DNA of 35,877 nucleotides from Candidatus Methylomirabilia bacterium (GTDB lineage Bacteria > Methylomirabilota > Methylomirabilia > Rokubacteriales > CSP1-6). Each line of letters begins with the position of its first letter. The stretch's first letter is position 1. This document shows positions 1 through 9,109 of the stretch, one piece after another. The DNA lies in NCBI GenBank assembly GCA_041492755.1, contig JBGPXN010000033.1, positions 1 to 35,877 on the forward strand. Reading direction: 5' to 3'. The notes under the pieces are model-generated. The model was not told the DNA's origin. It did not search any database and saw only the letters and a program-made list of their open reading frames with translations. Made by a program: the position numbers and the translations under genes.

Positions 1-483
1 CAGGTCCTGAAAACGCTCGGACGTCGGACGCCCAGCCGCACGGCCGGGCTCACCCTCGACGGCGTGGACGACGAGGTCGGCCGGGTGGAGGCGCGGACCT
101 GGCTCGACGTCACCCCGGAGGCGGCGGCGTCGGGGCTCGCGCGCGAGACGCTGGAGGCGCTGGTCGGCACGTACGGGCGCGGGTATTCGCGCGTCATCGA
201 GCTCGCGGGCAAGGTGCCCAGCGGGACCGAGCGCTTGTGTCCGCGAAATCCCGAGATCGTGGCCCAGCTCCACCTGGCCGTGCAGGACGAGATGGCGCTG
301 TCGCTCCAAGATTTCCTGCTGCGGCGGACGGGCATCGGCACCAGCGCGTGCCAGGGGCTCGACTGCGCGGAGGCGATCGGCCGGCGCATGGCCGAGCTGC
401 TCGCGTGGACGCCCCGGCGCCTGGACGCGGAGCTCGAGGCGTACCGGGCCCACGTCCGCCGCTCGCACCGCTTCAAGGCCTGA
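1..483 (+). CDS. glpD: FAD-dependent glycerol-3-phosphate dehydrogenase, C-terminal part (5'-truncated by window)
   Basis: Frame open from base 1 to TGA 481-483; C-terminal GlpD/DAO_C motifs 'LVGTYG', 'EMALSLQDFLLRRTGIG', 'IGRRMAELLAW'; next to ugp/glpK. Confidence 0.85.
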   Translation, partial: QVLKTLGRRTPSRTAGLTLDGVDDEVGRVEARTWLDVTPEAAASGLARETLEALVGTYGRGYSRVIELAGKVPSGTERLCPRNPEIVAQLHLAVQDEMALSLQDFLLRRTGIGTSACQGLDCAEAIGRRMAELLAWTPRRLDAELEAYRAHVRRSHRFKA

Positions 484-499
484 GCGCGCGTGCTATAGT
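472..499 (+). promoter_or_regulatory. Putative sigma70 promoter for ugpB (extended -10)
   Basis: TG-c-TATAGT at 491-499, weak -35 TTCAAG at 472-477; RBS GAGGAG before ATG 544. Confidence 0.5.
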
Positions 500-543
500 G
501 CGGCACCAATTTGCGGCCGGCTAGGAGCATCGAGGAGCGATCA

Positions 544-1914
544 ATGCAGCTCGTCATGACGCTCGGGGCGCTCGTTTTCGCGATGGTCGTTCCGGCCGCC
601 GCCATGGCCGCGACCGAGATTCACTTCTGGCACGCGATGACGGGCCAGCTCGCCGAGGCGCTCGAGACGCAGGCCAAGCAGTTCAACGAGAGCCAGCGCG
701 AGTACGAGATCAAGCCGCTGCGCAAGGGTAACTACGCGGAGACGTTGACCGCCGCCATCGCGGCCTACCGTCAGAAGAACCCGCCGCACATCGTGCAGGT
801 CTTCGAGGTGGGAACGCAGACGATGCTGCTGTCGGGTGCCGTCTTCCCCGTCCACGAGCTGATGCAACAGCAGGAGATCAAGCTCGACTGGAACGACTTC
901 ATCAAGCCCGTGGTCGGCTACTACACGAAGGACGGCAAGCTCTACTCGATGCCGTACAACTCGTCCACGCCGATCTTCTACTACAACAAGGACGCCTTCA
1001 AGAAGGCCGGGCTCGACCCCGAGAAACCGCCCAGGACGTGGAAGGACGTGGAGGCGGCCGCGAAGAAGATCATGGCCGCGGGCGCGGCCAAGTGCGGGTT
1101 CTCCACCGGCTGGCCGTCGTGGACGATGGTGGAGAACATGCACGCGACGCACGACCAGCCATTCGCGTCCAAGAACAACGGCTTCGGCGGCGTGGACGGG
1201 GTCGAGCTGCTGATCAATCGCGAGTTCGGCGTCAAGCACATCGGCCAGCTCGCGACGTGGCAGAAGGACAACGTCTATTCTTACGGCGGGCGGGCGGGCG
1301 CCGCCGATCCGAAGTTCGTCAGCGGCGACTGCGCGATGTACGTCCAGTCGTCCGCGCTGATCAGCGGCTTCACCAAGGGCGTGAAGTTCGACTGGGGGAC
1401 CGCCGAGCTGCCGCACTGGGGCGCGCCGTACAAGAAGGCGACGTCGATCATCGGCGGCGCGACGCTCTGGGTGCTCAAGGGCAAGCCGGTCGCCGAGTAT
1501 CGCGGCGTTGCCCGCTTCCTGGAGTTCCTGGCCAAGCCCGAGCAGCAGATGTGGTGGCACGTGAACACGGGCTATCTCGCCATCTCCAACACGGCCGTGA
1601 AGAACCTCGAGCAGGGCTACCACTTCGTGCGCAACCCCAAGCAGTACACCGCGTTCGCCCAGCTCACCGGGCTGCCGCCGACGCCCCCCGCGGCCATGAA
1701 GGACAAGAAGTCGCCTCCCCCCAAGGCGGAGCGCGTCGCCACCCCGAACAGCCAGGGGCTGCGGCTCGGCAACTTCGTGCAGATCCGCGACACCATCGAG
1801 GCCGAGCTGGAGAACGTCTTCGCGGGCAAGAAGACCGCCAAGCAGGGCCTCGACGACGCGGTCGCGAAGTCCAACGGCCTGCTCAAGGAGTTCGCGTCGA
1901 CCTACAAGCACTAA
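544..1914 (+). CDS. ugpB: sn-glycerol-3-phosphate ABC transporter substrate-binding protein
   Basis: Signal peptide then 'TEIHFWHAM', 'QVFEVGTQTM', 'SMPYNSSTPIFYYNKDAFKKAGLDP', 'IIGGATLW', 'GLRLGNFVQIR'; ATG 544 has RBS. Confidence 0.93.
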   Translation: MQLVMTLGALVFAMVVPAAAMAATEIHFWHAMTGQLAEALETQAKQFNESQREYEIKPLRKGNYAETLTAAIAAYRQKNPPHIVQVFEVGTQTMLLSGAVFPVHELMQQQEIKLDWNDFIKPVVGYYTKDGKLYSMPYNSSTPIFYYNKDAFKKAGLDPEKPPRTWKDVEAAAKKIMAAGAAKCGFSTGWPSWTMVENMHATHDQPFASKNNGFGGVDGVELLINREFGVKHIGQLATWQKDNVYSYGGRAGAADPKFVSGDCAMYVQSSALISGFTKGVKFDWGTAELPHWGAPYKKATSIIGGATLWVLKGKPVAEYRGVARFLEFLAKPEQQMWWHVNTGYLAISNTAVKNLEQGYHFVRNPKQYTAFAQLTGLPPTPPAAMKDKKSPPPKAERVATPNSQGLRLGNFVQIRDTIEAELENVFAGKKTAKQGLDDAVAKSNGLLKEFASTYKH

Positions 1915-1927
1915 GGGGGGCCGGCCG

Positions 1928-2809
1928 GTGAAGCGGACGGTCTTCCCGAACCGCTGGCTGCCATACCTGCTCGTGCTGCCGCAGGTGCTGGTGACCCTGA
2001 TCTTCTTCTTCTGGCCGGCCGGGAAGTCGCTCTACCTGAGCGTGTTCAAGTCCCCGCCGTTCGGCGGGCGCGACATCTTCGTCGGTCTCGACAACTTCGT
2101 CACGCTGCTCACGAGCGCCGAGTACTACGAGAGCGTCGTGAACTCGTTCATCTTCGCGGGCGGGGTCACCATCGGCAGCGTGGCGGTCGGCCTGGTGGTG
2201 GCGACGCTCGCCAACCAGAAGATCCGCGGCCTGCCCTTCTACCGCACCGCGCTGCTCTGGCCGTACGGCATCGCACCCGCGGTGGCCGGCATCATCTTCC
2301 TCTTCATCTTCCATCCCGCCTACGGGATCCTGCCCTACTTCCTCTCGTTCGTGACGGCGTACGAGTTCAACTGGCTGCTCAAGGGCTGGGTGGCGATGGC
2401 CCTGGTGATCGCGGCGACGGCGTGGACCCATCTCGGCTACAACATCGCGTTCTTCCTGGCCGGACTCCAGGCCATTCCCAGCTCGGTGATGGAAGCGGCC
2501 AGCGTGGACGGCGCCGGGCCCGTCCGGAAGTTCACCGCCATCATCGTGCCGCTGATCTCGCCGGTGACCTTCTACCTCGTGGTCGTCAACATGGTGTTCG
2601 CCTTCTTCAGCTCCTTCGGCGTGATCCACGCCGTCACCCAGGGTGGACCGGGCCACGCCACCGAGATCATGGTCTTCAAGCTCTGGAAGGACGGCTTCGT
2701 CGGGCTCAATCTCGGCTCCTCGGCCGCGCAATCGGTGATCCTCATGGCGGTGGTGATCGGAATGACGATGCTGCAGTTCCGCTTCGCCGAGAAGAAAGTC
2801 ACGTATTGA
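1928..2809 (+). CDS. ugpA: G3P ABC transporter permease
   Basis: 'VFPNRWLPYLLVLPQ...FFFWPA', EAA loop 'EAASVDGA', ends 'EKKVTY'; GTG start. Confidence 0.92.
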   Translation: MKRTVFPNRWLPYLLVLPQVLVTLIFFFWPAGKSLYLSVFKSPPFGGRDIFVGLDNFVTLLTSAEYYESVVNSFIFAGGVTIGSVAVGLVVATLANQKIRGLPFYRTALLWPYGIAPAVAGIIFLFIFHPAYGILPYFLSFVTAYEFNWLLKGWVAMALVIAATAWTHLGYNIAFFLAGLQAIPSSVMEAASVDGAGPVRKFTAIIVPLISPVTFYLVVVNMVFAFFSSFGVIHAVTQGGPGHATEIMVFKLWKDGFVGLNLGSSAAQSVILMAVVIGMTMLQFRFAEKKVTY

Positions 2810-3735
2810 GCGCCGCCAGCGCCGCCACCAGCGCCGCCGCCAGGACCGCCACGGTCGCCGCTCCGCGCATGGGCACGATGGTCGGGGTCGCCGTCGCCGA
2901 GCGGTCGCGGCCGCCCGTCGTGTGGGGCACCGTCGTCGTCCACCTGCTCCTGCTCCTCTCGGTGGCCGCGATCGCCTTCCCGCTCTACTACGCGTTCGTG
3001 ATCTCGACCCAGGGAATGCAGGAGGTCATCCAGAAGCCACCCCGGCTGCTGCCCTCCACGCACCTGGTCGAGAACTACGTCGAGGCGTGGCGACGCTCGG
3101 GGATGGGCCGCCTGCTCGTCAACTCCGCGATCGTGGCGGTGACCGTCGCCGTCGGCAAGATCACGATCTCGCTGCTGTCGGCCTTCGCCATCGTCTACTT
3201 CACCTTCCGCGGCCGTCAGCTCGTGTTCTGGATGATCTTCATCACGCTCATGCTGCCCATCCCGGTCCGCATCCTGCCCACCTACGAAGTGATCGGCAAT
3301 CTCGGCTGGCTCGACACCTACGCGGGACTGACGGTGCCGCTCATGGCCTCCGCGACCGCGACCTTCCTGTTCCGGCAGTTCTACATGACGATTCCCAACG
3401 AGCTCGCGGAGGCCGCCCAGCTCGACGGTTGCGGGCCGCTGCGGTTCCTGTGGTCGTTCCTGATCCCGCTCTCGTGGGCCAACATCGGCGCGCTGTTCGT
3501 GGTGCTGTTCATCTACGGCTGGAACGAGTACTTCTGGCCGCTACTCATCACCAACACCGAGGAGATGCGCACGGTCATCATCGGACTCGAGCGGCTGATC
3601 CCACGCTCCGGGACCGAGCTGCCCACCTGGAACCTCATCATGGCCGGCGCCATGATGGCGTTGCTGCCCCCGGTCGTCGTGATCATCTTCATGCAGCGGT
3701 TCTTCGTGAAGGGCCTCGTCGAAAGCGAGAAATAG
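2806..3735 (+). CDS. ugpE: G3P ABC transporter permease (start uncertain: TTG 2806 overlapping ugpA stop, or ATG 2869/2878)
   Basis: 'GKITISLLSAFAIVYF', 'FWMIFITLMLP', 'MASATATFLFRQF', 'EAAQLDG', 'FIYGWNEY', 'FVKGLVESEK'. Confidence 0.9.
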   Translation: MSAASAATSAAARTATVAAPRMGTMVGVAVAERSRPPVVWGTVVVHLLLLLSVAAIAFPLYYAFVISTQGMQEVIQKPPRLLPSTHLVENYVEAWRRSGMGRLLVNSAIVAVTVAVGKITISLLSAFAIVYFTFRGRQLVFWMIFITLMLPIPVRILPTYEVIGNLGWLDTYAGLTVPLMASATATFLFRQFYMTIPNELAEAAQLDGCGPLRFLWSFLIPLSWANIGALFVVLFIYGWNEYFWPLLITNTEEMRTVIIGLERLIPRSGTELPTWNLIMAGAMMALLPPVVVIIFMQRFFVKGLVESEK

Positions 3736-3738
3736 TCC

Positions 3739-4530
3739 ATGCCGACCCGTTTCGTGGCGCACCGCGGAGGCGCGGCCCGCTGGCCCGAGAACAGCCTGAC
3801 CGCCTTTCGCGGCGCGGTGGCCGCCGGCGCCCGCTTGCTCGAGTGCGACGTGCACCTCACCCGCGATGGCGAAGTGGTGGTCATCCACGATCCGACCCTC
3901 GACCGCACCACCACCGGGAAGGGCGCCATCGAAGAGCGCACCGTGGCCGAGATCCAACAGGTCCGCCTCCGTACGAAAGACGGCGGCCCCAGCGACGACT
4001 CCGTACCGACGTTCCGGGAGCTGCTCGCGGTGGCGGCCCCCGCCGGCGTCACCTTGCTGGTGGAAATCAAGACGCCCGGACCGGACGTGCACTACGTCCG
4101 GCGCGACGGCGGGATTCGGGCCGTGCCGGGCCGCCGCTATCCGGGGCTCGAGCCGAAAGTGATGGAGGCGCTCGGCCAGGCTGGCGCGGCCGCGCTCGTG
4201 ATGGCCTTCAACCCCGAGGTGCTCGGTGAGATCCGAACCATTGCGCCGCAGCAACCGACCGCGCTGCTCGTCGATCGCCAGCACGTCCTTGTTCCGGGCG
4301 CGACCGGCGTGGACGCGGTAGCCTGGACGCAGGCGGCGGGCGCGACGTTCCTCGGCCTTCACCATTCCCTTTGCGACGCCGCGGTCATGGTGGCGGCACG
4401 CGTGGCGGGCGTGCTCGTCGCCGTGTTCACCGTGAACGAGGAGACGGAAATGACGCGTCTGGTGGGCATCGGGGTGGATGCGATCATCACCGACCGGCCC
4501 GAGCTGATCCCGCCGGGTGCCGGGCCATGA
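3739..4530 (+). CDS. ugpQ: Glycerophosphodiester phosphodiesterase (UgpQ/GlpQ family), no signal peptide
   Basis: 'VAHRGG...PENSLTAF', '[24 protein letters not shown]', 'EIK', 'FTVN', 'IITDRP'. Confidence 0.88.
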   Translation: MPTRFVAHRGGAARWPENSLTAFRGAVAAGARLLECDVHLTRDGEVVVIHDPTLDRTTTGKGAIEERTVAEIQQVRLRTKDGGPSDDSVPTFRELLAVAAPAGVTLLVEIKTPGPDVHYVRRDGGIRAVPGRRYPGLEPKVMEALGQAGAAALVMAFNPEVLGEIRTIAPQQPTALLVDRQHVLVPGATGVDAVAWTQAAGATFLGLHHSLCDAAVMVAARVAGVLVAVFTVNEETEMTRLVGIGVDAIITDRPELIPPGAGP

Positions 4531-5342
4531 GGTCCGCGATGCGCGCGCTGAGCATCGTCGTCGTCTTCGCCGCGGCCACGGCCGCGCTGGCCCAACCCCG
4601 GGTGGCCGGTCATCGCGGCGGGGCGCTGTTGTGGCCGGAGAACAGCCTGCTCGCGTTTCGTCAGGCCGTCGCCGCCGGCGTGGAGTTCCTCGAGACCGAC
4701 GTCCACCTCACGGCCGACGGCGAGCCGGTGATCGTGCACGACCCGACGCTCGACCGCACGACCAACGGCCGCGGAGCCGTGCGCGACGTCAAGCTCGCGG
4801 ACCTGGGTGCGCTTCGGCTCCGCGCGGCGGAGGGAGCCGTCACCGACGAGCCGATCCCGACGCTCGCGCAATTGCTGGACCTCGTGCGCCCCTCCTCGGC
4901 CGAGCTGCTGCTCGAAATCAAGGTCGGCGCGGACCGCCGGCGCTATCCGGGCATCGAAGAGAAGGTGCTCGCCGCCATCCGCGCGCGCGGTCTCACGCCG
5001 CGCATCGTCATCATGGGATTTCAGCGTGAGACGGTGCAGCGGATCCGCGAGCTCGATCCCGCGATTCGCACGGCGCTGCTGGTGGCCCGCATCCAGATCG
5101 ATCGCGCCGGCGTGCCTCCGGTCGAGGCGGTCAAGTGGGCGAAGACGGTGGGAGCGACGGCGCTCGGCCTGCAGCACACCGCGGTGGACGCCGCCGTGGT
5201 GGCCGCCGCGCGGCAGGCCGGCATCCTGCTCGGCGCGTGGACGGTGAACGACGAGGCGGAGATCCGCCGGGTCTCGGAGCTCGGCGTCGACATCGTGATC
5301 TCCGACCGTCCGGACCTGGCGAAGCGGCTGCTCGGGAGATGA
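4527..5342 (+). CDS. Second glycerophosphodiester phosphodiesterase with predicted Sec signal peptide
   Basis: ATG overlaps upstream TGA (ATGA); N-term '[24 protein letters not shown]'; 'GHRGG..PENSL', '[24 protein letters not shown]', 'WTVND', 'ISDRP'. Confidence 0.88.
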   Translation: MRSAMRALSIVVVFAAATAALAQPRVAGHRGGALLWPENSLLAFRQAVAAGVEFLETDVHLTADGEPVIVHDPTLDRTTNGRGAVRDVKLADLGALRLRAAEGAVTDEPIPTLAQLLDLVRPSSAELLLEIKVGADRRRYPGIEEKVLAAIRARGLTPRIVIMGFQRETVQRIRELDPAIRTALLVARIQIDRAGVPPVEAVKWAKTVGATALGLQHTAVDAAVVAAARQAGILLGAWTVNDEAEIRRVSELGVDIVISDRPDLAKRLLGR

Positions 5343-5370
5343 CGCGGCGGGCGCGGGCGTTGATGGCGGC

Positions 5371-6873
5371 ATGACGGTCCGCCGCTACGTCCTGGCGCTG
5401 GACCAGGGGACGACCGGCTCGACCGCGCTCCTCCTCGACACCGATGGCCGTGTGCGCGCCCGCGGTTACGCCGAGTTACCGCAGCACTACCCGCGTCCGG
5501 GCTGGGTCGAGCACGATCCCGAGGAGATCTGGGGCGCCACCACGCGCGCCGCGGGGGTGGCGCTCGCGGAAGCGGGGGTCGCGGGCCCCGAGGTCGCCGC
5601 GATCGGGATCACCAACCAGCGCGAGACGACGATCGTGTGGGAGCGGGCGACGGGTGCGCCCATCCATCGCGCCATCGTCTGGCAGTGTCGGCGCACCGCC
5701 GAGCGCTGCGACCGTCTCCGCGCGGCCGGACTCGAAGCACTGGTCCGCGAGCGCACGGGCCTGGTGATCGACGCCTACTTCTCGGGGACGAAGATCCAGT
5801 GGGTGCTGGACGCCGTTGCCGGCGCGCGGGCACGAGCGGAGCGAGGCGAGCTGGCCTTCGGTACGGTCGACACGTGGCTTCTCTGGAAGCTGACGGGCGG
5901 CCGGGTGCACGCGACCGACGTCTCCAACGCCTCCCGGACGATGTGCCTGAATCTCAGGACCGGCGACTGGGACGGCGACATGCTGCGCGCGCTCGAGATC
6001 CCCCGCGCGGTGCTTCCCGCCGTCATGCCGTCGGCGGGCGTGTTCGGTGAGACGACCGACCTCGGCTGGCTGCCGGCGGGCATCCCGGTGGCTGGGATCG
6101 CCGGCGATCAACAGGCCGCGCTCTTCGGTCAGGCCTGCTTCACGCCCGGCGCCGCCAAGAACACCTACGGCACCGGATGCTTCCTGCTGCTCAATACCGG
6201 CGAAACGCCGGTCACGTCGCGCCATGGACTCATCACCACCATCGCGTGGCGGATCGGCGAGCGCACGACGTACGCGCTCGAGGGCAGCGTGTTCATCGCC
6301 GGCGCCGTGGTGCAGTGGCTGCGCGACGGTCTTGGTCTGATCCGGAGCGCGGCGGAGACTCAGGGCCTCGCCGAATCGGTGCCCGATACCGGAGGCGTGT
6401 ACTTCGTGCCGGCGTTCGTGGGATTGGGGGCGCCCTACTGGGACATGTACGCGCGTGGGACGATGGTCGGCCTCACGCGCGGCACGACGACCGCGCACAT
6501 CGCCCGCGCGGCGCTGGAGTCGATCGCGTACCAGAGTCGCGACGTGCTGGAGGCGATGGCGGCGGATGCCGGCGTGCCCCTGCGGGAGCTTCGCGTGGAC
6601 GGCGGGGCCGTGGCCAACGACTTTCTCTGCCAGTTCCAGGCCGACATCCTCGACATGCCCGTGCTGCGGCCCACCGTGATCGAGACGACCGCGCTCGGCG
6701 CGGCCGGTCTCGCCGGGCTCGGGATCGGGCTCTGGCCTTCGCTGGACGAGCTGGCGCGACGCTCCCGGATCGAGCGGACGTTCACGCCGACGATGAAGAA
6801 GTCCGCCCGCGATGAGCGGTACGGCAACTGGCGCCGCGCCGTCGAACGGGCGCGGCACTGGGTCACCAACTAA
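5371..6873 (+). CDS. glpK: Glycerol kinase
   Basis: 'ALDQGTTGS', 'GITNQRETT', 'AIVWQCRRT', 'DAYFSGTK', '[10 protein letters not shown]', 'KNTYGTGCF', 'RVDGG'. Confidence 0.96.
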   Translation: MTVRRYVLALDQGTTGSTALLLDTDGRVRARGYAELPQHYPRPGWVEHDPEEIWGATTRAAGVALAEAGVAGPEVAAIGITNQRETTIVWERATGAPIHRAIVWQCRRTAERCDRLRAAGLEALVRERTGLVIDAYFSGTKIQWVLDAVAGARARAERGELAFGTVDTWLLWKLTGGRVHATDVSNASRTMCLNLRTGDWDGDMLRALEIPRAVLPAVMPSAGVFGETTDLGWLPAGIPVAGIAGDQQAALFGQACFTPGAAKNTYGTGCFLLLNTGETPVTSRHGLITTIAWRIGERTTYALEGSVFIAGAVVQWLRDGLGLIRSAAETQGLAESVPDTGGVYFVPAFVGLGAPYWDMYARGTMVGLTRGTTTAHIARAALESIAYQSRDVLEAMAADAGVPLRELRVDGGAVANDFLCQFQADILDMPVLRPTVIETTALGAAGLAGLGIGLWPSLDELARRSRIERTFTPTMKKSARDERYGNWRRAVERARHWVTN

Positions 6874-6883
6874 GGAGAGAACG

Positions 6884-7996
6884 ATGCGACCACTGTCGTT
6901 GTTCGGCTGGATCCTCCTCGTCATGGCGCTGGCCGCCGGTCCTGCGTTCGCGCAGGCGCCCATCGAGAGCGAGCTGGTGCTGATCACGCCGGTGTCGAAG
7001 TTCATCCACGACGCCGCCCTCAAGGCGTTCGCCGACTACGCCAAGGACAAGTGGAACCTCACCGTGAAGGTCAACGCGATTCCCGCCGGCACCCCGATCG
7101 CTTACGGGCGGATCGTGGAGTGGAAGGGCAGGCCGGAGGCGGACATCTTCTGGGGCGGCGAGTCCGCGCTGTTCGAAAAGCTCGCGGACCAAAAGCTGCT
7201 GCAGAAGGTGGAGATCGCGCGGGAGGTCTGGGACTCGATCCCGGCCTCGATCGGCAAGCCGAAGCCCATCCCCCTCAAGGACAAGGACGGCTTCTGGGTC
7301 GGCACGGCGCTGGAGCCGTACGGTCTCGTCTACCATCCCAAGAAGCTCCAGCGGCTCGGCGTGGCGGCGCCGAAGGACTGGGACGACCTGCTCAATCCCA
7401 AGCTCAAGGGCGAGGTCGCGCAGTGCGCGCCCACGCGCTCGTCGTCGTCGAACGCGACCTACGAAGTCATGCTCTCGATCCACGGGGAAGACAAGGGTTG
7501 GGACTGGCTGAAGAAGCTCGCCGGGAACACGGGCCACTTCACCGCGCGGAGCCGTGACGTGCCCAACGTGGTCGCCAAGGGCGAGTACGCCGCCGGCTTC
7601 GCCGTGCCGTCCTACATGGCCTTCGAAGAGAAGCTGGCCGGCTTCGACATCAAGTTCGTGGCGCCCAAGAACTCGTTCGTGACGCCCGAGCCGATGGCCA
7701 TTCTCGCCGGCGCCCGCAACCCCAGGGCCGCGCGCGCGTTCATCGAGTTCCTGCTCACCGAGCGGGGCCAGCGCGTGTTCATGGAGCGCGGGCTGTTCCC
7801 GATCACCCCGAAGTACAAGGTGCAGGGCGCGCCGGGCTCGACGGCCGAGATGGCGGTCGAGTTCACCGGGGGCGTGCGCTCCTACTTCGACGGCGAGATC
7901 GCCAACGTCTACGACGAGACCGTGGCCGCCAGGCGCTCGGAGGCGCTCAAGACGAAGTTCCGGAGCGACATCGAGGTGGTGTGGAAGAAGCCGTAA
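6884..7996 (+). CDS. ABC transporter substrate-binding protein, AfuA/PgtC-like (SBP_bac_6-type)
   Basis: RBS AAGGAG overlapping glpK stop; signal peptide ending AFA; 'PEADIFWGG', 'PKDWDDLLNPKLKG', 'PTRSSSS', 'AGNTGHFTARS', 'FIEFLLTERGQ'. Confidence 0.8.
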   Translation: MRPLSLFGWILLVMALAAGPAFAQAPIESELVLITPVSKFIHDAALKAFADYAKDKWNLTVKVNAIPAGTPIAYGRIVEWKGRPEADIFWGGESALFEKLADQKLLQKVEIAREVWDSIPASIGKPKPIPLKDKDGFWVGTALEPYGLVYHPKKLQRLGVAAPKDWDDLLNPKLKGEVAQCAPTRSSSSNATYEVMLSIHGEDKGWDWLKKLAGNTGHFTARSRDVPNVVAKGEYAAGFAVPSYMAFEEKLAGFDIKFVAPKNSFVTPEPMAILAGARNPRAARAFIEFLLTERGQRVFMERGLFPITPKYKVQGAPGSTAEMAVEFTGGVRSYFDGEIANVYDETVAARRSEALKTKFRSDIEVVWKKP

Positions 7997-8050
7997 CCTC
8001 GCACGGCGGGTGGTGGCCCCGGGGCGCGTGGTGAGGAGCGCGCGCGTCTC

Positions 8051-9109
8051 GTGAAGATCGCGCTCCGCCAGGTCATCAAGCGATTCGGCGGCGTGACCGC
8101 CGTCGACCGCGCCACCGTCGACGTCGGCGACGGCGAGCTCTTCACCCTGCTGGGGCCTTCGGGCTGCGGCAAGACCACGCTGCTCCGCCTCGTCGCCGGC
8201 TTCTACCGGCCCGACGGGGGCGAGATCTGGTTTGGCGACCGCCGCGTGGACGGGCTGGCGCCGTACGAGCGCAACATCGGCATGGTGTTCCAGAACTACG
8301 CGCTCTGGCCCCACATGACCGTGCGGGCCAACGTGACCTACGGGCTCAAGCTTCGCAAGCTCGCCGCCGACGAGATCCAGCGCCGCCTGGCCGCCGGGCT
8401 CGCGAAGGTCAACCTCGCCGGTCTCGAGGACCGCTATCCGGGCCAGCTCTCGGGCGGCCAGCAGCAGCGGGTCGCGCTGGCCCGCGCGCTCGTCCTCAAT
8501 CCCGACATCCTGCTGCTCGACGAGCCGCTCTCGAACCTGGACGCGAAGATCCGCGTGCAGGTCCGTGCGGAGATCCGGAAGCTCCAGAAGGACCTCGGGA
8601 TCACGACGGTCTACGTGACCCACGATCAGGAGGAAGCGCTGTCGCTGTCCGACCGTGTCGCCGTCATGCGCGACGGCCGCGTTCTGCAGATCTCGGCGCC
8701 CAAGGAGCTGTACGAGCGCCCGGTGAACCGCTTCGTCGCCGACTTCGTCGGGATCAACAACTTCCTGGCCGGGACCTGCCGTGGCACCGACGGCGACTCG
8801 CTGTTGGTCGACACCGCGCTCGGTCCGGTGCGGGCGCGGCGGCGCGATGGTCTTGCCGCCGGCGCCCGCTGCGTGCTGGCCGTGCGCCCGGAGAACATCG
8901 CGCTCGGCCGGACCGACGTCAATACGTTCACGGGCCGGGTGGTGCTGGCCTCCTATCTTGGCAACACGTTGCGCTACGACGTCGAGGTGGCCGGCCTCGT
9001 CGTCAAGCTCGACGTCCGCGATCCCTGGCACCACGAGCTGTTGCCGTCCGGCCAGGAGGTCACGCTCACGTTCCCGCCGTCGGCCGCCCTCGCCCTCCCC
9101 GACGAATGA
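8051..9109 (+). CDS. ABC transporter ATP-binding protein (PotA/FbpC/MalK-like, C-terminal TOBE)
   Basis: Walker A GPSGCGKT, 'VFQNYALWPHMTV', LSGGQQQR, LLLDEP, 'YVTHDQEEA'. Confidence 0.92.
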   Translation: MKIALRQVIKRFGGVTAVDRATVDVGDGELFTLLGPSGCGKTTLLRLVAGFYRPDGGEIWFGDRRVDGLAPYERNIGMVFQNYALWPHMTVRANVTYGLKLRKLAADEIQRRLAAGLAKVNLAGLEDRYPGQLSGGQQQRVALARALVLNPDILLLDEPLSNLDAKIRVQVRAEIRKLQKDLGITTVYVTHDQEEALSLSDRVAVMRDGRVLQISAPKELYERPVNRFVADFVGINNFLAGTCRGTDGDSLLVDTALGPVRARRRDGLAAGARCVLAVRPENIALGRTDVNTFTGRVVLASYLGNTLRYDVEVAGLVVKLDVRDPWHHELLPSGQEVTLTFPPSAALALPDE

